Assembly: GCF_028641065.1 (NCBI RefSeq)
Contig: NC_073407.1
Location: forward strand, 19,034,001-19,098,000
Length of the DNA: 64,000 nucleotides
Origin: Leucoraja erinacea
Taxonomy: Eukaryota
Direction of reading: 5' to 3'
Below are positions 27,197-38,424 of the stretch, piece by piece. The notes under the pieces are model-generated. The model made no database searches and had not been told where the DNA came from. It saw only the letters and a program-made list of their open reading frames with translations. The stretch's first letter is position 1, and every line of letters starts with the position of its first letter. The position numbers were made by a program, and so were the translations under genes.

Positions 27197-29239
27197 CTTG
27201 GAGAGGAATTCGTCACGATGCAACTATGTTTAAAATGATGCCACAGTGAGGAGTGTATTTATTTGAAGTCGGCAACTAAAAGGACACTCTTTGCAGTCGT
27301 TCATTGGTACAGAAATTGTAGTAGCTAAGTGAAATCATCAGGTTAGTGCAACCCTCCACAGCTGATTGGTATAACACTGTCTCTTTTATTGATCAAGGTA
27401 AAATTCCACAGATTTAAAATTGTTATTTTCAAGTTCCTACTTTGCTCATTCTCTCTACCCCTTGCAGCCCTATAAACATCTGAGATGTCTGCACTCTGAT
27501 TTTAGGTACATCTTCAAATTTAATCAATTAACCCATTAATGACCCTGTATTTAGCTGCGTAGTTTCCAAACTGGAGTTCCTTCCCTCTCCATGAAGAAAT
27601 TCTTTAAAACTACCTCGAGAGTCGAGTGATTGTCATATGTACTGCCAACTGACAAATTAATTTCTTACCTGCAGCTTAAAAAGCCCATTAGCACCACACA
27701 AATAAATATATAATAATCAATAAATTAATAACAGTAGTAGGTAACCATAACAGTGCAAAACAGATGTCCATAGTGCACCATTTGAAGTGGTCAGCTGGAA
27801 CTAATAATGACTACACTGTGACTGAGACTGGTGCAAAACAGTGCTGGAATGACTCAGCAGGCCGGGCAGCATCTGTGGATGGAAAGTGAGCAATGTACAA
27901 CATATTGGGAAGCTAATAGGTTGGAGACTTCTTTATCTCTGACGTTCACTAAAGTGCAGAGCATAGCAAAATGTAAAGTTGAAAGTGAATAAACTGAGTT
28001 ATAATCTTAAATATTATAAATAGCCACAGGAAAGAGTTCAATGATAATGATAGGTGATAGTCATGTCAAGAACAAGTCTCATTTGAAATAAGTAGCTGCA
28101 GTTCGAGGAAATTAGATTCGGAACTGGTGAACTGGAATCTGAACTTTGGGTACTGCAATGTATCAGAGGGGAAGAAAATTCATTGAGCAACTCTTTCATT
28201 GCAGGTTGTGTATTGTAGATTCTGATTATCTATTGTAGATTTGGTCAATGAACAGGAACAGAACGTTTGACTATGGGTGAAAAAATTACGAGGAACCAGA
28301 TGGCAACAGTAGAACCATGTCTCCCCAGAGCAGTTACAAACAATCTGCTGGAGGAAATCAGCAGCTCAAGCACCATCTGCGGATCGAAAGGAAATGGTGA
28401 AACGTTTCGGTTTAAAACCCTGCACCGGGAACTTTGACCATTTCCTTTCCATCCACGGATGTTGCTCGACCTGCTGAGTTCCTCCAGCAGATTGTTTTGT
28501 TGCTCCAGATTACAGCATCTGCAGTCTCTTGTGAGCGCACAGTTGTTTGTCACTCAAACTTACTGTGAAATTCTATCATGTTATGATTGTTATTCCCCAG
28601 AGAATATTTATACTTATCCAATAGATATAAGGTTGTAGCAGTTTGCGTGAACAAGGATTAGCAAAATGACCACGGCATCAAGATACTCAGAAAAGCGACT
28701 CAATTTTGTCAACACAATTTTGTTGAAGAGAAATTATGTTTGACCAAATTGTTTGACTTCTTTGTTAGCAAAGAGGAACCAATTTAAATGCACTTGAATT
28801 TCCAAAAGACATTAGATAATGTGCCAAGTTAAAGATTATCACAGAAAATAAAAGTTTATAGAATAGGAAGTAATGTTATCATGAATAGTTAATAGGAATC
28901 TAGGCACAAATGGATCATCTTCTGGCATGCTGCCGAGATTGATGCTGGGGCTTCAGATGTTGTTTGCTATTTATACGAATGACTTGGCGAAGGCGTGGAG
29001 TGATTACTAAATATGCTGATGATAGAAAGAAGTTAGTTGTGAAGAGGGATAAGAGTGATTTAGGAGCATGGATCATTTAAAGAGAAATCTGGTAGGCATG
29101 ATGAATAATATTCTGATAAAACTGGATAGAGAAGCAAAAGGACAATAAAAGATAGAATAACTCAGCAGATTAAGCAGCATCTCTGGGGAACATGGATAGG
29201 TGATGTTTTGGGTCGAGACCCTGAGTGTCATTGTGTGTC

Positions 29240-30135
29240 AGTGTGGAAACAGGCCCTTCAGCTGAACGTGCCCACGCCACATGTCCCATCTACGCTAGTC
29301 CCACCTGCCTGCAGTTGGCCCATATCCCACTAAACATGTACCTGTCTAAATGTATCTTAAACGTCGTGATAGTCCCTGCCTCAACTACCTCCTCCCGCAG
29401 CTCGTTACATATTCACATTGTGTTTTTTGATTTTGTGTCTTTGGAACGATTTCTATCTTTAATTTGTATATTGATGATGTCCTTATTATTTATTTTTCTC
29501 CGACTATATGTTTTTTTCTCTTCTGTTAATCTTTGTAAGGTGTCTTTGAGATTTGAAAGGTGCCTGAAAATAAAATTTGTATTATTATACTCCATATAAA
29601 ATTCTTAAAGGAGTGGACAGGCTAGATGCAGTAAACATTTTCCTGTTATTGGGGAAGTCCAGAACCAGGAGTCACAGTTTAACAATGGGTAGGTCATTTA
29701 GAAATGAATGAGATGAGGAAAAAAAAATCACCCAGAGTTGTGAATCTGTGGAATTCTCTGCCACAGAACAGTGAAGGCCAATGCTTTCAAGAGTTAGGTT
29801 TAGCTCTTCGGACTAAAGGAATCAAGGGATATGGGGGGGAAAGCAGGAATAGGGTACTGATTTTGGATGATCATATTGAATGGTGGTGCTGGTTCGAATG
29901 GCCTACTCCTGCACCTATTTTTCCATGTTTCTACCTACCACCCTTTGTGTGAAAAAGTTACCCATCAGGTTTCTATTAGATCTAACCCCCCTCCCTCACC
30001 TTAAACCTATGGTTTTCGATTCCCCTACTCTGGGCAAGAGGCTCTGTCTGCATCGACCCAATCTATTCCTCTCATGATGTTATACACCTTAATAAGACCA
30101 CCCCTTATCGTCCTGCGCTCCAAGGAATAGACTCC
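29240..30135. mobile_element. Nested CR1 remnants: antisense CR1 3' end interrupted by an AT-rich tail and a sense CR1 3' fragment (about 29595-29930)
   Basis: ggaaacaggcccttc...ctcaactacctc (-) resumes at about 29935; the middle part matches 9610-9980. Confidence 0.7.
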
Positions 30136-30259
30136 TTCTTATCTGCAAAGCGTGGAGGAACGTGAAACAAAATTCTAGCATATGCAGATCCTTATGCCAA
30201 CAGGTTTTGGAACTTTGATTTCAATCCCTGCTAACAACACACAGTAATGTGGAGCAGAG

Positions 30260-30640
30260 GTGGTGGGGGGGGGGAGGGGAGGCTGGGCCATGACATCAGC
30301 TGCATTCCAGGGGCTGAGCCACGTCACCAGCTGCTCGCTGTCATTACCACAGTCCGCCAGCAGTGGGCGCTGTGGGACGCGCATGCGCTCTGTCCGGCTC
30401 CGGCGGGTGAAGGAATGGCTGAGCGGGCGAGCCCGGGCAGTCTGGGTGATTATACACCGGCCCGCTGACTGTACCACGTGATGCGGGGCTGACTGACTGA
30501 GGGGCCAAACTGGAAGCTTCTCCCGGAAGCTGCCGGGCGGGAGCGGGAGGCGCGGCCCACGTGACCCGGAAGTTGACGGCTCGCTGCGCAAGGTGGTGAC
30601 CATGGTGAGTGAGAGGCGCTCAGACCGGCGGCGACTCCAG
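30260..30640. promoter_or_regulatory. CpG-island promoter of DPM2 (possibly bidirectional)
   Basis: CpG-rich stretch in AT-rich DNA. NRF1 palindrome GCGCATGCGC 30379-30388; ETS/GABP CCGGAAGC 30523-30530 and CCGGAAGT 30566-30573; CACGTG E-boxes at 30475 and 30558; CCACGTCA 30319-30326. Confidence 0.8.
30602..30604 (+). CDS. DPM2: DPM2 coding exon 1 (ATG only)
   Basis: gaccATG|gtgagt in the CpG island: good Kozak context, canonical donor, and in frame with exon 2. Confidence 0.85.
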
Positions 30641-30649
30641 TCCCATCTC

Positions 30650-31515
30650 CCATCTCCCAACCCCAGCCCCTGCTCCAGCTCCAGTCCCCAGCCCCAGTCC
30701 CCAGCCCCCAGTCCCCAGCTTCAGCTCCAGCCTACACCTGGCCCCCAGCCCCAGTCCCCCAGTCCCAGCCCCAGCCCCAGTCCCCAGCCCCAGCCCCAGC
30801 CCCAGCTCCCAACCCCCAGCCCCTGCTCCAGCTCCAGTCCCCAGCTCCCAGTCTCCAGTCCCCAGTCCCAGCCCCCAGCTTCAGCCCCAGTCCCGGCTCC
30901 AGCCCCAGCCCAGCCCCCCGGCCCCCAGTCCCCAGCTCCAGCCTCCAGCCCCCCCCCCAGTCCCCCCAGCCCCCAGTCCCAGTCCCCAGTCCCCAGCCCC
31001 AGTCCCCAGCCTCCAGCCCCAGTTCCCCCAGTCCCCAGCCCCCAGCCCCCAGTCCCCAGCCCCAGTCCCCAGCCCCAGTCCCCCCCCAGCCTCCAGTCCC
31101 CAGTCCCCAGCCCCAGTCCCCCAGTCCCCAGCCTCCAGCCCCCAGTCCCCAGCCCCAGTCCCCAGTCCCCAGCCTCCAGCCCCCAGTCCCCAGCCCCAGT
31201 CCCCCAGTCCCCCCAGTCCCCAGCCCCCAGTCCCCCCAGCCCCAGTCCCAGCCCCCAGCCCCCTCCCCAGTCCCAGCCCCAGCCCCCAGCCCCCCCCCCC
31301 AGCCCCCCCAGCTCCAGTCCCCCCCCAGTCCCCAGTCCCCCAGTCCCCCCCCAGGCCCCAGTCCCCACCCCCCCCAGTCCCCAGTCCCCCCCAGTCCCCA
31401 GTCCCCAGCCCCAGTCCCCAGTCCCCAGCCCCTAGTCCCCAGTCCCCAGTCTCCCAGCCCCAGCCCCCCCAGCCCCCAGCTCCAGCTCCAGCCTACACCT
31501 GGCCCCCAGCCCACG
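30650..31515. repeat. C-rich degenerate (CCCCAG/CCCCAGT)n tandem array at the start of DPM2 intron 1
   Basis: About 860 bp of imperfect 6-7-mers. A 30-nt direct repeat cagctccagcctacacctggcccccagccc occurs at 30722-30751 and 31483-31512. Confidence 0.95.
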
Positions 31516-32161
31516 GTCCACACCCGGCCCGAACCCACACCCTCTCCTCCCCCGGACCGCCCGCCCCCCACAGTGATTTGCTCAGTCTGATTCCGACCTG
31601 AGCAAGCGACGCCGTGGAAGATGAGTCCGTCCGTCGTTCAGTCCGCCAGGCAGTCCCCGCCCTTTTCACACATTACATGCTCTGTACCCATCCGGTATCT
31701 CTAGTCTCTTTTCTCCTGACCCTCGGTCTGAAGAAGGGTCTCAGCAGGAAGAAACAGTGTCACACTAAAACATGGGATGAATTCATCCAGATCTGAAGAA
31801 GGGTCTCGACCCGAAATGTGACCCATTCCTTCTCTCCAGAGATGCTGCCTGTCCCGCTTAGTTACTCCCAGCATTTTGTGTCTACGGTTTAAACCAGTCT
31901 CTGCAATTCCTTCCTCCACAGTCCCCCCCCCCCCCCCCCCCCCCCCGGTCTACATCCCCCTCACCCCCTGGTCAACACCCTACCCCCTACCCCACACCGA
32001 AGGTAAACACAAAATGCTGGAGTAACTCAGCGGGCCAGGCAGCATCTCTGGGGAGAAGGAATGGGTGGTGTTTCGGGTCGAGACCCATCTTCAGACTGAG
32101 AGTCAGGGGGAAGGGAGACTTGAGATATGGAAGGGTAAGGTGCAAAAACTACAGATCAAAC

Positions 32162-32890
32162 CTTGTGGGGCCCGTGTGTCGCTCACTACCATGTCCGAGA
32201 CACAATTCTGTAGCCTGACAAATTGTGGTCGTCCAATCAAATAGTTACTGATCCAGGACACCAATGGAACATCCACACACATCTTTGTCAGTTTGCTCCC
32301 TAGCAGTGCAGGCCGGATGGTGTTAAAAGCACTAGAGAAGTAAAAAAAAAAAACATTACTCTCACAGTGCTTCCCAGCTTATCCAGGTAAGCATAGGAAC
32401 GGTGGAGCAGGTCGATGATGGTGCCCTCAACCCCCATCTTTGTTTGGTAAACGAACTGCAGGGGGTCCAGGTCTGGTTTAACCAAGGGTTGTAGGTGAGT
32501 GAGCACCAGCCTCTCCAGTGACTTCATGATGTGTGAAGTCGGCACCACCAGTCTATAGTCATTGGAGGAGCTGGGACGTGTCCTCTTTGGTACAGGAACC
32601 AGGCAGGATGTCTTCCATATCACAGGAACCCTCTCCAGGCTCAGGATGAAGATATGCTGGTGTACTCCGCACAACTGGCTGGCACACGCCTTGATTATCC
32701 TAGGGCTGACATCATCGGGACCCATGGCTTTGCCTGGGCGGTGTCTGCTCAGCTCTTTCCTCGTCTGCTCAGCCTTGATGGTCAGGTGCAACAAATAAAG
32801 GGCAGAGGAAGTGGACCCTTTGGATTGGGGGGAGAGTGATTCTTGATGATATTTCCAGCCTTCCTGATACAATTCCCTGTTCCCCCCCCC
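32162..32890 (-). mobile_element. Rex1/Babar-type LINE RT fragment in DPM2 intron 1
   Basis: KAMGPDDV...WKTSCLVPVPK...NDYRLV...MKSLERLV...LDPLQF...VRVMFF remnant. Confidence 0.85.
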
Positions 32891-33239
32891 TTATCCATAA
32901 TGTCTGTGATGCCCTCTGTCACTTTGACAGTTAGTGCCTTTTTGCCAACTGTCTCATCTTTACTATGGACTTCATTTCCATCTATACTTCCGTCCACACT
33001 AGAATGGCCTGAGGAGCTTTCACTTTCTCCTTTAACGGTTAATCCAGCTTCCCTCCAAGATTATCCTCATTTGTGTAACTGAGCTAATTTTTACATTCAA
33101 CAGCTTCTTCAATTCATTCGTTTTCTGTGTATCAAAGGTGTAGCAGTGTGAATCTGCTTGGTCTGTAGATAAATGGATCATAGATACAGCAAATAAGCTG
33201 CCCTCCCCCCCTACCCCCCCTTGTCCTTGCCAATCATCA

Positions 33240-33495
33240 AGCACCCATTGTTACACTAATCCCATTTTACTTTCCCCACGTTCCCATTAACTCTCCACAG
33301 ATTCTACCACAAGCTAGGGGCAATTTGATGGCCAATTAATTTAGCAACACATTTGGGATGTAGGGAAAATTGAGGCACTCAAAAAAAACCCATGCAGTAC
33401 GGGGAAAATGTGCAAATTCCACACACAGAGCTCCAGAGGTCAGGATTGAGTTTGTGTTACTCGTGCTGTGAGGCAGCAATTCTACTTGCTGCACC
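33240..33495 (-). mobile_element. HE1-type V-SINE (degenerate)
   Basis: ggccaattaa...gtgcaaattccacac...gaggtcaggattga remnants. Confidence 0.6.
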
Positions 33496-33925
33496 ATTAT
33501 TTTAAAATGTGACTATTCAATTACAATATTCATACTTAACACTGTGACAGAGCTTGCTTGATATTTCTATGAAGTGCCTCGGAATATTTTATCGCCAATA
33601 AATTTGAGGTATAAAGATTAGCAAATGGGGAAAAAAAATCCAGAAAAATTGTCAAGTCAATCTAACTCAGTGTTTTTAATATATCTAACTGAGTTATATA
33701 AAGAGTCAGAGAGGAAATGGCAAAGATTAGAAGGCATAGGGAATGTTTAAAGGAGATGTGCAAGACAATTTTTATTTTGTGGGTGCTTGGCACGCGCTGC
33801 GAAGGGTGATGGTGGAGGCAGATACGATAGTGACATTTCAGAGGCTTTTAGACAGGCACATGGATATGCAGGGAATGAAGGGCTATGAATCACATGCAGA
33901 CAGAGATGAGATTAGTTTACCTTGG

Positions 33926-34383
33926 TATACCGCCGGCCCGCGGCCAACTTCTACCGTGGGCGCGGCATGGACTTACTATCACCCCTGGAGGGGAGCTTTG
34001 ACCGCCGGCCCTGCAGTCTGCAGTGCTTCTGGCTGCGGCGCGGCGGGAACTTTAAATCTTCGACCGCCGGCCTGCGGCCTACACCATCCTGAAGCCGCGG
34101 TCTCCGGTGGGGAAGAGCCGATCCTGGACTTACCTTGACTTTGTCTCTTACCATCTGGACGCCCGCAGCAACAGCTGCGGAGATGGAGGTCCCGACCACG
34201 GGGGAAAATGGAGGAGGACTGGCCAATTTCTGTGCCTTCCACTACGGTGATGAATGCTGTGGTGGATGTTTGTGTAAATTTTTTATTGTGGTGGTGTGTT
34301 CTTTATTATTGTACCGCTGCTGGCAAATTCATTTCTCTTGCACTTTATGTGCAATGTGACGAATAAAACTGATTGATTGATTG
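33926..34383 (+). mobile_element. GC-rich SINE-like or non-autonomous insert with (TGAT)n tail, interrupting a CR1 3' fragment
   Basis: CpG-rich body with internal repeats, ending aataaaactgattgattgattga. CR1 3' sequence lies on both sides. Confidence 0.55.
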
Positions 34384-35004
34384 ATGTCCAGCATAGACAT
34401 TGTGGACTGAAGAGCTTGTTGTGCTGTACAGTTCTGTGTCTTAAACTGGACAGTGAATAATGTTGTGCAACTGGGACAGATTGCCACATCGGCAGCAATT
34501 ATCAGTGAGCCCACGGAGGCTGTTGCAGGAAATCAGAATGTCAAAGAGTGAAATGGTCTACACCATGAGGTGTTTCTATAGGTGCATCCATTCTGTGTTT
34601 TATTAGAAACCAGGAATGCTCAATGCATATTCAAGCAAATGTTCATTTGCAAGACCCCTCTTCTTCCATTAAAAAATATCTAAACTAAATTTGAAGGAAT
34701 TGATTCTGTATTACACTTGTGAGTAATCCCTCCAGTTAGGGTATTGCATATTAGATGCACTTTTTGTTTGAATACATGGCCAGCGGGCTGTTGATAACAC
34801 ATGTGTAAAATGTTGTGTATTTTATTGCACTAAGGCTGTGACATTTGGAGCAGTCAGTGAGTTTGCTGGAAAGTTACATGTCCCTCTGAAGAAGCCGATA
34901 CTTGTGTAGGCATTGACTTGACTTTGACAACTATGTAGTGCAGCAGAGATGACAGAACTATGTTTGTCTTGTTTACCAAATTTCTCTCTTTCTCTCCCTC
35001 TCAG

Positions 35005-35094
35005 GCTACAGGAGTAGACCAACTAGTCGGGATGGGACTAGTGGGCTTCAGCTTGCTACTTTTCTCGTACTACACTATATGGGTCATTGTGTTG
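35005..35094 (+). CDS. DPM2: DPM2 exon 2 ([30 protein letters not shown])
   Basis: Long polypyrimidine tract plus cag acceptor, and gtgagt donor. Matches recalled DPM2 [30 protein letters not shown]. Confidence 0.95.
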
Positions 35095-35221
35095 GTGAGT
35101 ATCGATTTTTAAAATGTAGATGTATTAACTTAAGTAATGTTGACATAATGCTTATATTACTGATTTAGTCATCCAAATACACAAATTAATCCTTATTTAC
35201 TCTCGGGATATGGGTGTTGCT

Positions 35222-35355
35222 TCTTCTTTCGTGTGGCGTGCACAGCTTAAAGTTGTAGGACAACTTGTTCTATTTGATCTTGCGTTTGTACACATCAAGT
35301 TGATTGCATTAGTCGAAACAGGGTGGACCACGTGAAGGTTGCAATCTTCCACCCC
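35222..35355 (-). mobile_element. Short non-autonomous retroposon headed by the HDV-like ribozyme, with (GAA)n tail
   Basis: 12-bp TSD atgggtgttgct at 35210-35221 and 35356-35367. The 3' end reads GAAAGAAGAA on the minus strand. Internal hairpin AAGTTGT-CCT-ACAACTT. Confidence 0.8.
35302..35355 (-). ncRNA. Minimal HDV/CPEB3-like self-cleaving ribozyme fold (54 nt)
   Basis: Minus strand reads GGGGUGG AA GAUUGCA ACC UUCACGU GGU CCACCCU GUUUCGA CUAA UGCAAUC. P1 is 7 bp with a G1.U wobble, P2 is 7 bp, P3 is 3 bp, L3 is UUCACGU, and J4/2 CUAA places the candidate catalytic C at 35312. Confidence 0.85.
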
Positions 35356-35422
35356 ATGGGTGTTGCTAACCCACATTTACCCATACCGAGTTATTGTCTT
35401 TCTGTACGTGATTTAGAAACTA

Positions 35423-37030
35423 CAGTGCCCTCCGTAATGTTTGGGACAAAGACCCATCAATTATTTATTTGTACAATTTGAGATTTGTAATTTAAAAAAA
35501 TCATATGTGGTTAAAGTGCACGTTGTCAGAATTTAATAAAGGCCATTTTTATACATTTTGCTTTCACCATGTAGAAATTAAAGCAGCGTTGAAACATAGT
35601 CTCCTATTTCAGGGCACTATAATATTTGGGTTACAGCAATGTCATGTAAATGAAAGTAATCATGTTTAATATTTTGTTGCATATCCTTTGCATGCATTGA
35701 CTGCTTGAAGTCTGCGATTCATGGACATCACCAGCTGCTGGGTGCCTTCTCTGGTGATGCTCTGCCAGGCCTGTATTGCAGCCATCGTTAGCTTATGCTT
35801 GGTTTGAGGGGCTCATTCCCTTCAGTTTTCTCTTCAGCATATAAAAGGCATGCTCAATTGGTTCAGATCGTGTGATTGACTTGGCCATTCAAGAATTGAG
35901 CATTTTTTAGTTTTGAAAAACTCCTTTGTTGCTTTAGCAGTATGTTTGGGATCATTGTCATTGCCGGCCAATGAGTTTTGAGGCATTTGTTTGAACTTGA
36001 GCAGATAGGATGTGTCTTCTTCAGAATTCATTATGCTCCATCAGCAGTTGTATCATCAATGACGATAAGTGAGCCAGTACCTTCAGCAGCCACACATATC
36101 CAGGCCATAACACCCCCACCACCATGTTTCACAGATGAGGTGGTATGCTTTGGATCTTGGGCAGTTCCTTCTCTCCTCCATACTTTGCTCTTGCCATCAC
36201 TCTGATATAAGTTAATCTTCGTCTCATCTGTCCGCAAGAATCTGTGATTCTCTGTGGTTGCTCTTTTAAGTACTTCTTGGCAAACTGTAATCTGGATATC
36301 TTATTTTTGCAGCTAACCAATGGTTTGCATCTTGCAGTAAAGGCTTTGTATTTCTGTTCATAAAGTCTTCTGCAGACAGTGGTCATTGACAAATCCACAC
36401 CTGACTCCCGAAGAGTGTTTCTGGTCTGTCGGACAGGTATTTTTTCTTTATTATAGAGAGAATTCTTCTATCGTCAGCTGTGGAGATCTTTCTTGGCCTG
36501 CCAGTCCCTTTGCGATTAGTAAGCTCACCAATGCTCTCTTCTTAATGATGTTCCAAACAGTTGATTTTGGTAAGCCTAAGGTTTGGCTGATGTCTCTAAC
36601 TGTTTTATTCTTGTTTGTCAGTTTCATAATGGTTTTTTTGACTTTCATTGGCACAACTTTGGTCCTCATGTTGATAAACAGCAATAAAAGTTTCCAAAGG
36701 TGATGGAAAGACTAGGTGCTGAGAGCTCTGTTATATCTGCATTAAGGAGGCAATTCAACACACCTGAGCAATTCCAAAGACCTGTGAAGCCGTGTGTCCC
36801 AAACATTATGGTGCCCTGAAATGGGGGGGGGGGGGGGGGGACTATGTATAAACACAGCTGTAATTTCTACATGGTGAAATCAAAATGTATAAAAATACCC
36901 TTTAATAAAATCTGACAATGTGCACTTTAACCACATGTGATTTTTTTTCTGTTACAAATCTCAAATTGTGGAGTACAGAGGCAAATAACTAAATGATGGA
37001 TCTTTGTCCCAAACATTACGGAGAGGGCTG
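35423..37030 (-). mobile_element. Tc1/mariner (IR/DR-type) DNA transposon with defective transposase in DPM2 intron 2
   Basis: TA-flanked ~210-bp TIRs (cagtgccctccgtaatgtttgggacaaa) with internal direct repeats. HTH ISQTLGLPKSTVWNII, TDETKI, DNDPKH and WPSQSxDLN are split by frameshifts. Confidence 0.95.
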
Positions 37031-37497
37031 TAGTCCACATGGCAGTCAAGAGTACGTTGTGCAGCATGAATGGATGAAAATGGCAGACTTCTTCCCCATT
37101 GTGCTTCCGTAACAATCCAACACGTTTGTGTATAATTTACCAATGCCATTTTTTATTTTTCAAACATTACAACCTATTTTTTAATTTATTTGCATTGCAG
37201 TTATTCACTCAAGGCAAAAGGAAATTATGTTGATTGTATGCCCACTTTTCATATCCTCAGAACTTCACGAAATATTCCACTGCTATTTATCAAGCACATA
37301 GATTATTGGAATACACAAATCAAAAATCCTTAGAAATAATCAGGAAATAATATCAGACACGAGTAATTTGAGGCTCTGACCTAAGAATAATAATTTTGTT
37401 GTGCCTGTTTCTCCCCTTTCAGAGATCTGCTCCAAATGACTTTTCGCACTTTATCTTACTTTAAACCTGCTGATCAAATTAATTATTGTGTTTGCAG

Positions 37498-37600
37498 CCA
37501 TTTGTGGATGGTAGACATATTCTTCACAGCTATTTCTTGCCACGAGAATATGCCGTGATCTTGCCCGCTGTTGCTGGTCTGCTCCTGGTTTTATTAGTGG
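37498..37600 (+). CDS. DPM2: DPM2 exon 3 ([35 protein letters not shown])
   Basis: tttgcag acceptor, gtaagt donor, and the YFLPRxYA motif of DPM2. Confidence 0.95.
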
Positions 37601-38365
37601 GTAAGTGCTCAGATTTCTCCCTCTCATTGCGTAGTACTTGTTTCAATATAATTTCTGCCCGTCACTTAATTACTCTGACTTCTTTAGTTAACTGACGCTA
37701 ACTATACTTCAAAGTACTTTACTGAAGTACTTTGCAGCATTCCTTTGCTTCCCCTTTGTCATAGTAGCAACATTATAAACCTTTAAAATTGATACCATTT
37801 GTCCTTGCAGAAATATACATTTGATTAAATTAATAAAAAAAATCTAATAAGAGTCATACAGCACGGAAACAGGTCCTTCCACCAAACTGATCTATGCCAA
37901 CCAAGATGCCCATTTAAGTTAGTCCCATAGATATCTACCGCTGCTGAACAATACTCCTCAATTGATTTTCCTAGTCAATTTTAGTTTAACTGTCCTCATG
38001 ACAATTTTGAATACTGATTTCAGATCCAGGTTTCTCATCCTCAAACTGAAATTTAAATTCTACCATAAATGACCACTCTTTCCTGGGTAGAACACAAAGT
38101 TCCGGAATAGCTCGGTGGGTCAGGCAGCATCTCTGCAGAACATGTGTTGGCAACGCTTTAAGCTTGAAACCCTTCTTCAGACGGATACCTTGTTCTACTC
38201 TTTCCAGGATGATTCTTTACTGTGGGATCATCAGTTGGTTACCTGCAAGGTTCATGCTCTATTTAAACTCTCAAGGCCTCTGTTCATAGTTTTTAAAAGC
38301 CTGTTGGCCTTAATGGCATGTTTCTATTTTCAAGTTGACAATATCCTGTTATCTTCTCATTCCAG

Positions 38366-38424
38366 GAACATTTATTGCCATAGTTATGTGGAAAAACAGA
38401 AAGCCTACAAAGAAAACAGATTAA
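38366..38424 (+). CDS. DPM2: DPM2 terminal exon (GTFIAIVMWKNRKPTKKTD-stop)
   Basis: ttccag acceptor. Gives an 84-aa total with a C-terminal KKxx ER-retrieval motif. AATAAA at 38526-38531. Confidence 0.92.

Noticed and set aside
27197-27223. N-terminal extension MHRDEFLSK of the 170-aa ORF
   Set aside because: It starts at TTG, an artefact of the ORF caller. The ATG at 27196 directly precedes the signal peptide.
30593-31601. Pro/Ser-rich (+) and Gly/Trp-rich (-) ORFs of 215-330 aa
   Set aside because: They are open in several frames on both strands only because the CCCCAG array lacks stops. The ATG at 30602 is followed by a splice donor that completes DPM2.
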